Shown: piece by piece, positions 49,601-63,085 of the stretch | How positions within the stretch are numbered: the first letter of the stretch is position 1 | How the letters are laid out: every line of letters starts with the position of its first letter | From: Camelus ferus | Taxonomy: Eukaryota | DNA: 64,000 nt | Assembly: GCF_009834535.1 (NCBI RefSeq) | Contig: NC_045698.1 | Coordinates: 14,138,001 to 14,202,000 of the forward strand | Direction of reading: 5' to 3' | The notes under the pieces: model-generated | Database searches by the model: none | What the model was told of the DNA's origin: nothing | Seen by the model: only the letters and a program-made list of their open reading frames with translations | Translations under genes and position numbers: made by a program

Positions 49601-50408
49601 TATGTGTTTTATAGTCCATAAAGTGTTTATTTCTTTTCAACCTGTGATTATTTTTATGTGCAGTAAAGCATGGGTTGTCAGCTGAATATGTTGAAATGTA
49701 TAATCTTTAAACCCTTTATGGAGAATTCTGGGAACAGTACATCTTTTCCTATATATTTTCAACTGACAGTCAATGGGAAATTAAAATTACAGCTACAGTT
49801 GGAGACCACTTTCTACTAAAAAGTCAGAAAATAAATTCTGCTGCCAGGTTGCCTGCTTCAGATTATCCCTTGCTATAAAAAGACTGTTAACAAAATTATT
49901 TTTAATAAATATTTGTTGATTTTGGCAGTTGAGCCCCTGAGGTAAATTTAAAATCTATCAATGGGAACAGAGTTAGACCAATAGAAGGAAAACTAATTGG
50001 TCCTGAAAAAAAAATGAGAAAATTGAAAAAGTTATTAAATACTCTCTAATATATAGCAACTCTTTTTTTCCTTTGAGGATAGTTCTTATTTTAATTTGAA
50101 ATCTCATGTTGTTTCTTACTACTGGGAGCTCCTATAAAATATTAAAATTATAATTATATAAATAATCCATCCAAACAGAAATAAGTATATTGCATATTAT
50201 TATTCATTTATATTTATATTTATATTTTTATTTGTATTTATGTGAATAATAACAGGTACATAAGATCAGAGAAGATATATGGGAAAGAAATAATATAAAT
50301 ACTCTAAACTATTCACATAATTTTGAAAACACCTATAACGACTTTTTGATTAATAAAATAGTATCTGTATGAGTAACTTTCGATGTTCTTTTGCCATTTC
50401 AATGCTAA

Positions 50409-50716
50409 TTGAAAGGAGAGAGGTGGGGTGGGCAAAACCAGTAGAGGTGGTCAAAAGGTACAAACCTCTAGTTATAAACTAAGCCCTGGGGGTGTAAGGT
50501 GCTGCATGGTGACTATCGTTAATAATACTGTACTGTATATTTGAAAGTCACTGACAGAGATCTTAAAAGTTCTCATCACAAGAAAGGAAAATTGCGTGGT
50601 GATGAATGTTAAGGAGACATTGTGGTGATCATTTCACAATTTATACAGATGTTGAATCATTATGTTGCATACTTCAAACTCATAGGTTATATGTCGCTTC
50701 TATCTCAATTTTTTTT
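50409..50716 (+). mobile_element. L1MA9-like 3' end
   Basis: ggtcaaaaggtacaaac...gcatggtgactatcgttaataatactgta...aagttctcatcacaa; TSD-like aatgctaa (50401) and aatgccaa (50717). Confidence 0.85.
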
Positions 50717-50903
50717 AATGCCAAACTTCTAGACACTATTTCTAGAAACTAATATATCCCAAATTCCCATATTAGACAAAATCGTAACACAGGTGTAACA
50801 GCAACAAGCCCAAACTCGACATTTGAAAAAAGAGTCACGTAAGAATCTAGTGGAAGCAAAGCATGAATCCTAACCCCGATACAAAGGTTCGGGGGTAGCT
50901 CAC

Positions 50904-51019
50904 GAAAGGAAAGAAGGAAGGAAAGAAGGAAGGAAGAAAGAAAGGGAGGAGGGAGAAAGAGAGAGAGATAAAGACAGAGAGAGAAAGAGAGAGAGCAAAA
51001 GAAAGAGGAAGGGAGGGAA
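50904..51019. repeat. Purine-rich (GGAA)/(GA) low-complexity tract
   Basis: Seen directly. Confidence 0.85.
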
Positions 51020-51414
51020 TTATTCCTAGCAACTTTCAGTAAGAAATTTCAAACTTTTTTGAATTCTAACATCTCCCGCCCCCCACGTCATTGCTCCCCC
51101 GCCCCACTCTCTCTAACAGATTTTTTATCACTAAAACAGCTCAGTGTAACTAAACATAGCACCACAAAGCCATCGAATACCATCTCTTACAGACAACTGA
51201 CCATTAAAAGCAAACTGGGGAAAGGGATCATTTGCAATAAGGTGATACTCCACACTCAAGACATTGTGCATTTTTGCTCTGTGATTTTGATGTTTTGAGA
51301 TGTGATAGTTCAAGTAAACTGATAAAGTATCACCAAAGAGCTATACATTTATCCCATATATCTGCCTTGTTTTTTCCACTCTCTACAATATTATAGGTGG
51401 ACAGAGAAGTTATA

Positions 51415-51595
51415 ACTCAGGAGATAATGGACTCTGGTGCTAGGATGTGTCATTTCAAATTCTAGCTCTGTCCTCACCTCCCTCTCTGGTGGAGGACAAG
51501 TGGCTTAGTCTCCATTTTCTTGCTGCTCACTAGTAAATTGTTTGTAAAAACAGTATGTGCTTTGGAAGGATGCTGTGAGCATTAAATTAGAATGG
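51415..51595 (+). mobile_element. MIR
   Basis: tggactctggtgctagg...ttcaaattctagctctg. Confidence 0.6.
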
Positions 51596-51854
51596 CATCC
51601 ACTTCATTTCAAATGCTGTTGAAGCATTAGATATCAGCAAACAATCAGAATTGTGTATGGCATGATGCTTAAAAAGGACAGTAAGTCTGTAATGTGCTTT
51701 TATACAAGTCCAGGAAAGATACAGAATTGGAATTGTTATTGACCTTTAACTAGATTAAATAAAAATAAATTATTAGGTTTTATATTAGACTAAAACATGT
51801 TAGGAAACACACTCATGTTCGTTGTTAATGTCTTAGATGTCAAAGAGAGCAGGT

Positions 51855-52065
51855 CAAAGCTAGGAACAAAAGCTCTGGCATTAGAATGCCTGAGTTTATA
51901 TCCTATTCCTTTACTGACTGACTATGTTATCTTAAGCAAGTAATGTTTTTGTCTCAGTTTGTGTATCTGTAAAATGGAACTCGAAATTTAACTCATAGAC
52001 CTCTCATGAGTTAATGTGCATAAAAAAATACAACAAAGCCTGCGGTGCAGTGAAAGTTCAATGAA
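51855..52065 (+). mobile_element. MIR
   Basis: gctctggcattagaatgcctgagttt...gtctcagtttgtgtatctgtaaaatgg. Confidence 0.75.
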
Positions 52066-52289
52066 AGAGAAACTCTGCGAGCAGTGTGACTGGTAGTAGT
52101 AGTAGTAAATAATTTCGTGTTATCTCAGCTCATCTTCAAAACCATCTCCCAATAATTTTGTGAGGTGTTGAAACCATTTGGCAGATAAGGAAAATATGGC
52201 TCAGAGAGACAAAACCATGACTGATTCAACTGGAATTTGAACTTGAGTCTACTTGGCCCCCCAAATATCCTCCCTCCAGCACATCAGCT

Positions 52290-52780
52290 AATCTTGGGAT
52301 TGTTCAGGGAATCATGTGGGGGATGGAGAGTCTTTTGAGGTATCTGAGAGATGAAAAATATTTCCATTACACTAGTAAGATGTTGCATTCCTTTTGCATT
52401 TTCATACCCTCTTGGGTGTTCAGTGGAGTTTTCCAGAGACTACAAGATGTGCGATATTGCAATAGATTGCAAACATAAAAAGATACGTAAATGAATTATC
52501 CTCTATTAAGTCAGACATTAAAGAGATCTGCAAAAATGTAAGACAATGCCACTCTTCTTACCACTTTTTGTTTTTGAAAGTATAGTTATTTTTCATAAAA
52601 CAGATGACATGCTAATATGCGAAGTTATTATTATTTTATAAAAGTAAATATTTTAATATTTTTTTACCTGTTAATTTCCTATATGAAAAATATTGATAGA
52701 TATAATCCATGTAAATAAAAGCTCTTATGGGATCCATAAATTAAGATTATATGAGAACAAAAAGTTTGAGAACCATTGCT
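52290..52780 (+). mobile_element. hAT-Charlie element (Charlie4a-like)
   Basis: cagtggagttttccagagactaca...tctattaagtcagacattaaagagatctgcaaaaatgtaagacaatgccactcttct...aaagtttgagaaccattg. Confidence 0.75.
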
Positions 52781-53429
52781 TTGTGCCATTTTATTTCAAT
52801 CACCCACAGAGGTAGCAAGTGCAACAGATAATTCAATTAATTCTTCCCAATCATGTTTCTTCTTAAAAGAATAAAACATCAAAACTGCTTAATTCGCATA
52901 CCTTGGTTGGAGCATCTCTAATAATCACACTGTACAATCTTTATTACCTAAGACTAAGCCTAAGAGAGGTACCGAGTCAAGCTGGCTAATCGTCTTGTCT
53001 CTTGGGAATCTAGAATTCAGATTTTAGTTGATAAAATGTATTAAGATGATTGCAGGTACTTAAAGTGAAAATTGATCTAGTCTATGAAGTAACATCAGTG
53101 ACATGGTGAGCCAGAGCCACCCACAAGCGCCAAAATTATGCAGAGGTGGAAACAACATGAGTAAGCAAAAAAAGATAGTTGGCAGAAAGAACCAAAATTA
53201 CGGAGTGGGCGAGGAGAGAGAAACAGAGACAAGAGGCAATCATTTCAGCCGCCAACTAGGATGAAGCAACTCTGATTACTAACATCCAGTCCCAGTCTCC
53301 ACGAACCAGTTAAATCTCATTTCCTGATTTAGGATGTTCTTAAGATAGGCTATGTTTCCTCCTCATTGATATTTCTCTTTTAAGATATTTGCATTACTGT
53401 GAAAATGTATCTGTTCCTGCAATAAATTT

Positions 53430-54400
53430 GTATTGACATGTAGCAAACATACACATTACTGATGTTTATGAAGTGAAAGCATTTCTGTAGTCACTACTCG
53501 GCTCAAAAAGTAGAACATTACTAGTGTTCCAGCTGCCTTGCACATGCCCCCTTCAGATCATTGACTTCCTACCAAAAGTAACATTTAACCTTTACCTCTA
53601 TAAATTTCCTGGACTGCATATGAACTTGAAACAATTAAGTGGTATGAGATGTTATCCTTTGTACGTGGTTGTTTTTACTTAACATAATATATATACGAGA
53701 TTTATTCATCTCATACAGTCTAGCAGTAGTTTGGTCTTTTCAGTGCTATATAGTATTGCTTTGATGCCAATATTTATTTATTCAAACTGCTACTGATGTG
53801 CGCTGCACTGCTTCTATGTGAGGGCTGTAGTGAATAATGTCTTTATAAACTTAAATGTCTTGTCTTTATACATATGCATGCTACTGGTTCTGCTTCTGGA
53901 AAAAAAACAAGATTAATACAGGAATATATTTTATTAAGTTTACTGATAAACATGTTTAAATAATCCTTATCTAGTTCTCATCCATCTAGTTTGCTAAGAA
54001 TTTTCTTATGAGTTGATACTAAATTGTACTGAATTTTTTTTATGTATTGAGATAAACATGACATTTTTCTCCTATGTTCTAGAAAATCTTTGTGTTTCAA
54101 ACTGAAACCAACCATGTGCGTCTGAAACACATGCAACCTTGCTATTTTTGTATGTTGCTTGATTCAATTTGCTATTAGTTTTACGATTTTGGCACTTATG
54201 TTTAAAGAAATTGGTTTATGTTTTCTTTTTGTTGTAATATCACTGATGCTTTATTTCCTATAAACCATTCTTATTTTTCTATTCTCTAGGAAAATAGTAC
54301 CTAAAAATGCTGTTATCTCAAACTTAAATATTTAGAAGGATTCCCAGCTGATGCCATTAGTCCTAGGAGTTTCTACAGATTTCATATTGATTTTAATAGT
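53430..54400 (-). mobile_element. Old L1M fragments
   Basis: T-rich reverse-L1 motifs (tagtttgctaagaattttc, tgcttgattcaatttgcta). Confidence 0.6.
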
Positions 54401-54757
54401 ATCTGACTTTTTAAGTCAAAAGATTTCTAAGAATAAGGAGATCTAGCAATTTATATAGATTTTTACAAGGCCTTAACATATCATGTGTCCACCACCAAAA
54501 AGGTTACTGTGATTTAAAAAGGCACACATAAAACATAGAATTTAATGAAAAGGAATGTGTGACCTCAGATTGTGTCCAAAAAGCTGTGTTGTTTTTTTTT
54601 TTCCAGAAGAGAATTACTTGTAATATTAGGTATATATTGACCCTTCTACATGTGTGTTATATTTAAGAAGGAAAAAAAATGTCAATACAAGATGGAGCTG
54701 TTAAAAAGAAAAAGTCAATTGGGTAGACCATCTCAGAGTCTCCAAAAGATGAATCAT

Positions 54758-55226
54758 TGTATCAGTTTCCATTTGTTCCTGTAACATCTGGTGGCTTAAA
54801 GCAACACTCATTTATCATTTCACAGTTCTGGAGGTTAGAATTTCAAAGAGTCTAACAGGCTAAAATCAACGTATTAGCAGAGCTCTATTCCTTCTGGAGA
54901 CTGGGTAGAATCTGTTCTCTTGCTCATTCCAGCCTCTAGAAGATGCCTGCATTCCTTGGCTTGTGGCCCCTTCCTCCGTCTCAAAATATATTGAGCCAAC
55001 CTTTGCTTCTACTCTCATGTCTCTTCTATCTGATTCTGATCTTCCTACTTCCCTCTTATTTGGACCTGTGGGATTACATTATGCCCACCTGGATAATCCA
55101 GGACATTCTCCACATTTTAAGATCCCTAAACACATCTGTAAAGTCCTAGTTGCTATGTATTGTATTTATACATCCTGAGAATTAGGATGTGGACATCTCT
55201 GGAGAGACATTATTCAGCCTACCACA
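54758..55226 (-). mobile_element. MaLR solo LTR (MLT1C/D-like)
   Basis: tgtatcagtttcc...gtggcttaaagcaacac...cattccttggcttgtggccccttcctcc...cccacctggataatccagga...attattcagcctaccaca. Confidence 0.88.
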
Positions 55227-57004
55227 AAGAATTTGTTAAAGATATAAACGTTCAGTGGCTAAGCTCAGTCCAAATGGGGCTGGCTTGCTGAGAAGTGACA
55301 ATTTTGATATTACACAGGAAACGTGGCCATCTCACATTAACCAAACTCAGGATAGTGTTAGTCCAGAACACCGATTTACATACTTAAAATAGCATGTAGA
55401 TTGTAATTACTTTTCCCAGAATAATTACTACAGTCATTCCATATGGATGGACCTAAATGGGAAGTCAATTTAAAAATCATAGTTTCTGAGTGAGTGTGGA
55501 ATCAGAAAAAGATTTACTTACGTAATAGAAAGCTTTGCTATTAATGGAAAAATATAGTGAACCATCCGTTTCCACAAATGTGGACAGCATCCCTAATAAG
55601 ACCACAATATCCAGGGTTAATTATCAAAGATTCTTGCTTCCTTCTGAATTTCTAACATGGCCATTGACAGCCTTTGGCTTTGGGGTCTGCTCTCTGCATC
55701 ATTTTATTCTACTTTGTGTATGCTACCAATTCCTCTTCCAAATGATCGTCTTCAACATGCTTGTGCCTACTAGCCTAAGAACCTTCTCTCATTAAAGTGA
55801 CAGTTCATCTCCATTATGAAACATGTTCTGATTTCACAGATTCACTTTCCAATGGCAGTATCACTTCATTTATTTCAGAATTCTTGGCTGGAGTGTCAGA
55901 GGAATGGGCATAGGTCTGAAGTGCAGGTGGAAACATTTTCTGAGTCAAAGATTCATGAGCATAATCCTGACAGTTGTAGGAACTAGAGACATTCAATTTG
56001 GATGGGCGTTGGTTATATGTATAAAGAAAAATAACGACATTGAAGAAAACATAATTTTTTAAACTCAGTATAAAAAAGAACTCACAAAACAACTCCATCA
56101 AGCTTCTCTCAGGAAATAACGGAGTTCCATGTGATTCAATGCCCTCTGACATTAACTGGCTTGTATCTGGCAGAAGGAAAATGGAGAAGATTCCAGTACC
56201 AGGTTTCTATGAGGTCCCTATAACCTCTGAATTTCTCCCAAAGCTGAGATGCTTTGTTTTCAGAATAGAAATATCAGCTTTGGAAAAGATACAAACTTCA
56301 GCCTGGCCAGATCTGATCTCTCTGTTGTATTTAAACTTGCTTTCTAACTGACTCAGACATTCACCAAGAGAATGAAATGTAACTACACATTTCATTTTTA
56401 AAAGTGTTTCCTAGGTGCAAAACAGGAGAGTGGGACTCTTAGTAAGAGGAAAGAGAGGTAAAAGAAGAGATACCACAGGTGAAGCCTTAAAGGGCATTGT
56501 TCTTCCAACATTTTATTTGATTGTGTTTCTAGCTAACGTCTCTGTTCTCCTAGTCCTAGCACTTTTTGGGAAATGAGGATGAGTAGAAAGTACACAACTT
56601 GAAAAATAAAAATTAGATATAATTTGCATATTTGATACATTAGTCAATGTTAGGAATAATAAAGGGTTAACTACACCCAAAACAAAAGTTAGAAGACACT
56701 GCTAAAATAACCACAGAACTAGAATTCTACTTGCTTAGGTACACAAAGGACAAGAGTACCTTTAAAGTCTTGCAGTTAATATTAGTTTATCCTTAATAAG
56801 GAAAATTAATGCTGTGCTATATAGCACCATTACTTTCTGACATATTAAAATAATAAATAATAACAATATGTAAATTTTACTCTTTAGGATGTAAAAGGGT
56901 TGGGAACAAACATTTGTGTAGGAGACAGTCTTCGTGATGCTATTACCCTTACAATTATTGTACTGCCTAAAATTCTTAACAGAATTGGGCATTTGAGCTA
57001 AGAC

Positions 57005-57484
57005 ATTGTCTGCTATGATCTGTGACCCCCATGAGTCTAGCCTCTTGCTACTTGTGTACCTGCATATTCCCTCCTGACATTCACTGGGGCCGAGCTGTAT
57101 AAACAACAAGGAACTAGAGAGTGTGACTTTGAAGAAGGCTTCTACCTTGTGCCCTCTTGGATTGTTCACTCTGGGGGAAGCCAGCTACCGTATCATGTGG
57201 ACACTGAAGCAGAAGGCCAGACGGGAAGAGACTGAGACAGCCTGCCAACTTGCCGCATGTAGGTGAGCGTGTCTTGCAGACTTACTCAAGATTTCAGAAG
57301 ATGCAAGCCCTTGCTAACACTTCCTGAAGGTGACCTCATGAGAGAATCTGAGCTCAAACCACCCAATTTAGTTGCTCCTGATTTCTCGACACACAAAAAT
57401 TAGGTGAGATATTAAGTATTCATCGTTATTTAAGCTGTGGAGTTTTGGAGTAATTTGTTATACAGCAATAGGGTACTGATAACA
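57005..57484 (+). mobile_element. MaLR solo LTR (MLT1F-like)
   Basis: tcactctgggggaagccagct...acctcatgagagaatctgagc...ttttggagtaatttgttatacagcaatag. Confidence 0.82.
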
Positions 57485-59619
57485 ATATAAAATTGTATTT
57501 GTGTAAATATGCAAATATTTATGTAATTTACATTAGTTAACTGAATCAGCAGAGAAATTTCTTCCCTGAAGAGCCTTTTTAAGTATCTACCTTATTCCTA
57601 AACATGGCAAATTACTGAATCTCACATAGAATTTAAAAAGAAAGGGCCAAACTTATATCAAGAGCCAAAAAGAATGACAAAATTTAATAATGATTTAAAA
57701 AATATCCCTACTTTATAAGTAGAGGTGGTACACACCCACCCCAGCCCCCCTACACAATTATTTAAATTTCACATTACAGCAGGTTCAAGGAAAGATGAAC
57801 AAGGGGACAACTGCAAAGGAACTTCAGTCTTGCTTATTTATTTAGAGAACAGTAGAGAGACTATTCACTGAAGTTTTACTGAAGGTATTTTAACCCTTCA
57901 GCACATGTTGGTTGTTGTTTTCATTTGGATGAATTCTCTTTTAGGGAGTTGTTAGTGTTGAAATTTAGTCACTCCTTACTAGTAAAACACATGTTTAGCC
58001 TCTTTGTATTTTCAATTCACTATTTCATACTGAAAACTTCTATAAAAACGATCAGAGGTAGGAAAAAAATGCTCTCTTACTTTACAGCAGGAACTTGGCA
58101 TCATGAACATTTTGTTTTGTTTTGTATAACGAGTATCATTTTGCACTTTTGTATTTAAAAAAAAGATTTAAAAAATAGACTGTACTGATTATGGGGTAAG
58201 ATATTTTATATTTTTTTTTATAAAAGGAGAGATGCAAAGATTATCTAATTTCTAATCATCTTAAACTGTATTAGTATAAGAATCAGGAATCACTAGAAGG
58301 AAATCCACTGATATTTTCAAACTGCATCTTTTTTTTATTAACCTCTTTTTTTCAAAATGAAAGAGTGACATCCCAATGCATGCACCTAAAAATATAAATC
58401 AATGATGATTTAGTATCTTGATGCAATTATTTAAAAAATAATATTTTATATGAATATAGGCTTTCCTGCCAAATTCAAGGCACTTTAATGAGTTAAAAAA
58501 ACATATTTAATCTTTGCTTAGTATTCTAATTATCTATTTAATATAAGAAATAAATACATTAAATAAGTGACACATTAAGAAAATGACAAAATATTAGGTG
58601 TCTAGGATTAAGTACATGGCTGGCCACATCCAAGACAAATGGGAGGCAAGGGGAATTCAAAATGTATAACTTGAGTTTTTTAATTATTAAAACACATATA
58701 TTTCAATTCCTATTATGGTAACTTATTCCTTAAGTTTACTATGGAAATCTTTTCCATTATTAGAGAAAATAAGAAACTACATATGCATTGTCAGCTGTAG
58801 AAAAATTGGAATAGTTTTGGGCTGTTGCACAATTTCCAAATGAATTCCCATTTATCTTCACAAGTGTTCATACAAACAGTTGTGAGGGCTAGAAAGGCAG
58901 TAACATTTGACCTCTGCATATTTCTGTCTTCTCTCAGACTTGTCCAATACCAGCCAACACCAAAAAGTAATTTATCACTATGCCACACTTGCCTGAAGAA
59001 TTTCTTAGGGGCTCAAGAAGAATGATGAGGTTAGTCTTTAAGCCCTAAAAGCTCCTGAAGGTGAATTTTTCTCTTTGATGCACACAGATATTTCTATCTT
59101 TGCTGAAGATTTGCTTCTGGATCTTTGTTCTCATTGTCAACACTGAGGCTTTAGGTAGCCTGCTTACTGCCCTCACTTTAATGGAAACTTAGGTTGATGT
59201 GTTCACCTGGCTGCAGATATTTCAGTCTCAGTCTCGACTATGTTCACTGCCAGAGTAGAGGCACGGCGGCTGAAATTTTGGAAAAAAATACAGCAGAAGT
59301 GGCAATGAGAGAGGAGAATGAAGATTATCCTTGAGAGGGAATTTGAGTGGCCATCAGCAGATTTTTCACAGAATCTCATGTAAGCTCATATGGTCCCCAA
59401 TAAAAGTCTGCTTGCAGGGAGCTAAGGAAACTTCTCGAAAAAGAAACTACAAATGCTGAAGTTGACCTTATTAAATAAGACCATAATTTTTATAAAGGAG
59501 TAGCTTATCTAAGGAAAACACTAGATATACTTGAATTTCTCTCTGCTGTAAAACCCTGAGTCCCAAGGAGCCCAAGATGTTTAAATGACAGAGTTCTACA
59601 CCGCCAGCAGTTCCAGATG

Positions 59620-60815
59620 ATCCAGGAGTTACATTCCTGGGCATCGACCCCAGAGGAATGAAAACCTATGTTCACACAAATACCTGTAAACAGATGTTAT
59701 CAGCAGAGCTGTTTGTTACAGCCTAGAACTGGGAACAGTGCAGAGGTCCCCAAAGAGGTAAGGAGTTATACCAACTGTGCTATATTCATATCACGGAAAA
59801 CTGCACGGCAACAAGGGTAGTCTATGAATAAACACAACACTTAAGTAAATCTCCAGGAAAATATGCTGAATGGAGAAAGCCAATCCCCCAAAGTTACACT
59901 TACATACCATTATCAAAATGAAAAAATAGAGAGATTCAGAACAGACTAGTAGTCTTCGATTAGGGAGAGGGGTGGAAATGGGTGAGACAGAGGCAGGTGT
60001 TGTTACAAAAAGGTAACAAGAGGAACCCAGGTGGTAAGAGAATTGTTCTGTATCCTGATTTTGGTGGTGGATACACGGACCTACATGTGGTGAACTGAAA
60101 AACGCTCCCCCTCCAAATATCTATGATCCAATCGCTGATACCCGTAAATGTTGACTTATTTGGAAAAAGATCTTTGCCGATGTCATTAAATTAAGAGATT
60201 ATGCCAGATTAATCAAATAAGTCCTAGATACCTTCACAAGCATTCTTATAAAAGAGAAGCAGAAGTAGATTGCACACACGGAAGAGGCGGCAATGTGAAC
60301 AAGCAGGCAGAGATTGAAGTAATGCAACCACAAGTCAGAGAAAGATGCCAACGACCCAAAGCTGAACAAACCAATGACAGATTATCTTGTAAAGAATGCA
60401 CAGGGATCATAATCCTGCAGACAGCTTGATTTTAGCCCAAATGATACAAATTTTGAACTTCTGGTCTACAGACCTGTGAGAATAAATTTCTGTGGCTTTA
60501 AGCCACTGAGTTACTGGTGGTGATTCATTTCAGCAGTCATAGGTAAGTACACGCTACATGTATAATAAAGTTGCATAGAACTAACCAAACACACATACAC
60601 ATGCACATAAATGAGTATATATAAAACTGATGAAATCTGAGTAAAACTGGTAATATCAATATCAGTTTTTCCTAGATTTAATATTGTGCTGTAATATTTA
60701 CAAGATGTTATCCTTGGGGGAAACTGATTAAAGGATGCATAGGATCTTTCTATGTTATCCAACACTTGCATGTGAATTTACAAATATCTCAAAATTTAAA
60801 ATACAATTTTAAAAA
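59620..60815 (+). mobile_element. L1MC/MD-like 3' end interrupted by an MLT1 LTR
   Basis: aatgaaaacctatgttcacacaaa...gttctgtatcctgattttggtggtggatacac, resuming after the LTR at aagatgttatccttgggggaaactg. Confidence 0.8.
60086..60553 (+). mobile_element. MaLR solo LTR (MLT1C-like)
   Basis: Perfect 5-bp TSD CTACA (60081-60085 and 60554-60558); gaggcggcaatgtga...gcagagattg and gtgagaataaatttctgtggctttaagccac. Confidence 0.9.
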
Positions 60816-60839
60816 GTGGTAGAGTAGTTTCAGTAAGAA

Positions 60840-61720
60840 CTATTAGAAAAAAAAATTAGGAGAATATTTTTATGACCTTAAGATATGCAAAAATATTTTT
60901 AGATACAGTAAAATTAAGACGTGTAAAACATAATTTAAAAAACACCATTAAGAAAATGAAAAGGCAATCCAGAGTGAAGGAATATTTGTCATTTAGGAAT
61001 GTGATTAATTACTCCTATATAAAGAGCTCCTAAAGAACAATTAAAAAGTTACTATGAAGAAAGAAATGGGCAAAAAATTTAACAGAATTTTTTCATGAGA
61101 GACCATATCTAAATGACCAATAAACATATAAAATAGTGATTAAATTACACTCACTATGATCCAGTATTTCCACTCACATTTGTATAACCAACAGAAATGA
61201 GTACATATATTCACCCAAAGATATATACACATGATAACGGTAATAACAACCAGAATAATACTAAACCTGAAACAATCCAAATGTTCTTTTATGTTTAAAT
61301 GATTAAGTACTCTTATATTCCTACAAAGTAATATTATATAACAATAACAACAAAATAATTACAATTAAAAATACTATCATGAATAAATCGCTCAAAATTA
61401 CAGTTTAAGGAAAAAAAGTACATGTAGTACATAATGAATAATTCTATTTATATAAAATTCAAACTATAGTAAATTAAGTCATGGAACTAGAAGTTAGGAA
61501 CTAGTTACCTTGAAGGGGGTAGGGCAGTGCTTAGTAGGGGCATAGCATTCTTTTAGTATTTAGATGCAATTCTGTTGTTGTTGTTTTTTTTTTTTTTAAC
61601 CTGGATGAAGAGAACATGGTTAAATTTATGCCCCAGCAAATTTAATTGAGTTAGGTACTTATGATTTTTGCCCTTTTCTATATATATATATACACCACAC
61701 TTTAATTTAAAAAAAGCATG
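60840..61720 (+). mobile_element. Old L1ME-like fragments
   Basis: ccattaagaaaatgaaaaggcaa; ctatgatccagtatttccactc; gaagttaggaactagttacct. Confidence 0.65.
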
Positions 61721-62416
61721 TAATTTTTTCTGTACTTTTCTAGATGAAGTTTAGTTTCAGAAATACGCAAAAAGAACTGCACTAAATTTATAGATTTGGG
61801 AATTGTTTTCAACCTTATTATTTTACAACATCAAAGCGTATGCTGCATCTTTACACTTATTTCGTCTTTATTCCCTTCTGATAAATTTTTCAGGCTCTCT
61901 TTTCTTTTTTACGTAAGTCATGCAAATTTTTGGTGAGATAATTGTTTTAATTTTACAAGTATATCAATCACAGCTACTATTGTAAAGGAAAATTTTTCAA
62001 TTTATCTCATTTCTAATTAGTTATTAATGATATGTAGGAAATATATTCTAAACTTCAGAATGCATTCTATAAAATCAGTCAAACAATGTGTAAGTACAGA
62101 GCTTTATGGAGATTCATTCCAATGTTGCTCATTGAAAATTTAGGAAAAATAACTGCCAATAAAAAGTTGCTCAAATAAAATGGGTACAATGATGTTAAGA
62201 ATTAATGAGCCAATAAAAATGATGTGGTATATGAACATTTAATTATGTGGAAAATGAGAAGAAATTATTGCTAAGTAAAATAGCATGTTATAAATGTTAT
62301 GTATGGGGTGAATCAACGTAACTATATATATAATTAATAAAGGTCTGAACGGATACACACTAATTATTGACAATGTTCTCCTGAACATATTTTTATTAAA
62401 AATAAAAACTTTAATA

Positions 62417-62734
62417 CAGTTGTCCTTCTGTATGCATGGAAGATTGGTTCCAGGATGCCCTTGGATAGTAAAATCATCAGATGCTCAAGTCCCTTATATA
62501 AAATGGTGTAGCATTTGCATATAACCTATGTGAATCCTCCTGTATACGTTAAATCATCTCTAGATTATGTATAATACGTAATACAATGCAAACACTATGT
62601 AAACAGTTGCCAGTGCACAGAAAATTCAGGTTTTGCTTTTTGGAACCTTGTGGAAAATTATTTTTCCAAATATTTCCCAGCTGTGGTTTGTTGAATCAGA
62701 TGATACAGAACTCGTGGACACAGAGGGCTGTCTA
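62417..62734 (+). mobile_element. MER2/MER2B (TcMar-Tigger MITE)
   Basis: ta|cagttgtccttctgtatgcatggaagattggttccagga...gatgctcaagtcccttatataaaatgg...ggacacagagggctgtcta|ta; degenerate TIRs and TA target site. Confidence 0.88.
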
Positions 62735-62869
62735 TACTAAGATTTTACAAGCTGTTATGTTTTTAGTGCAAAACTGCATTTTCCTCCTCTTTAATAAAGA
62801 ATAATACAAGTATTTTAAAAAATATCAATAAAGGCTTTGTATAAGAGAAGCTGTCCAAAAATATCATTC

Positions 62870-63085
62870 TGAGTAAGTGGAGGAATCAAAACAGACTTTG
62901 AAATCAAGCAGAGCAGGTTGAAAATCCTGGCTTGGCACTTACAAATTTGTGCTTTGGGAAATTTATTTAACTTCTGGGAGAAAATTTCCTCTATAAAATG
63001 TATAAAATAAAATAATCTCATAAGACTTGTGAGTATATTATTGTCTAGTCTTAAAACAACTTATAGTTTATATGATTACTATTGT
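62870..63085 (+). mobile_element. MIR
   Basis: cagactttgaaatca...aaatcctggcttggcacttac...tttcctctataaaatg. Confidence 0.7.

Noticed and set aside
56762..57169. 135-aa ORF
   Set aside because: Overlaps an MLT1F-like LTR and AT-rich flank; no recognisable domain.
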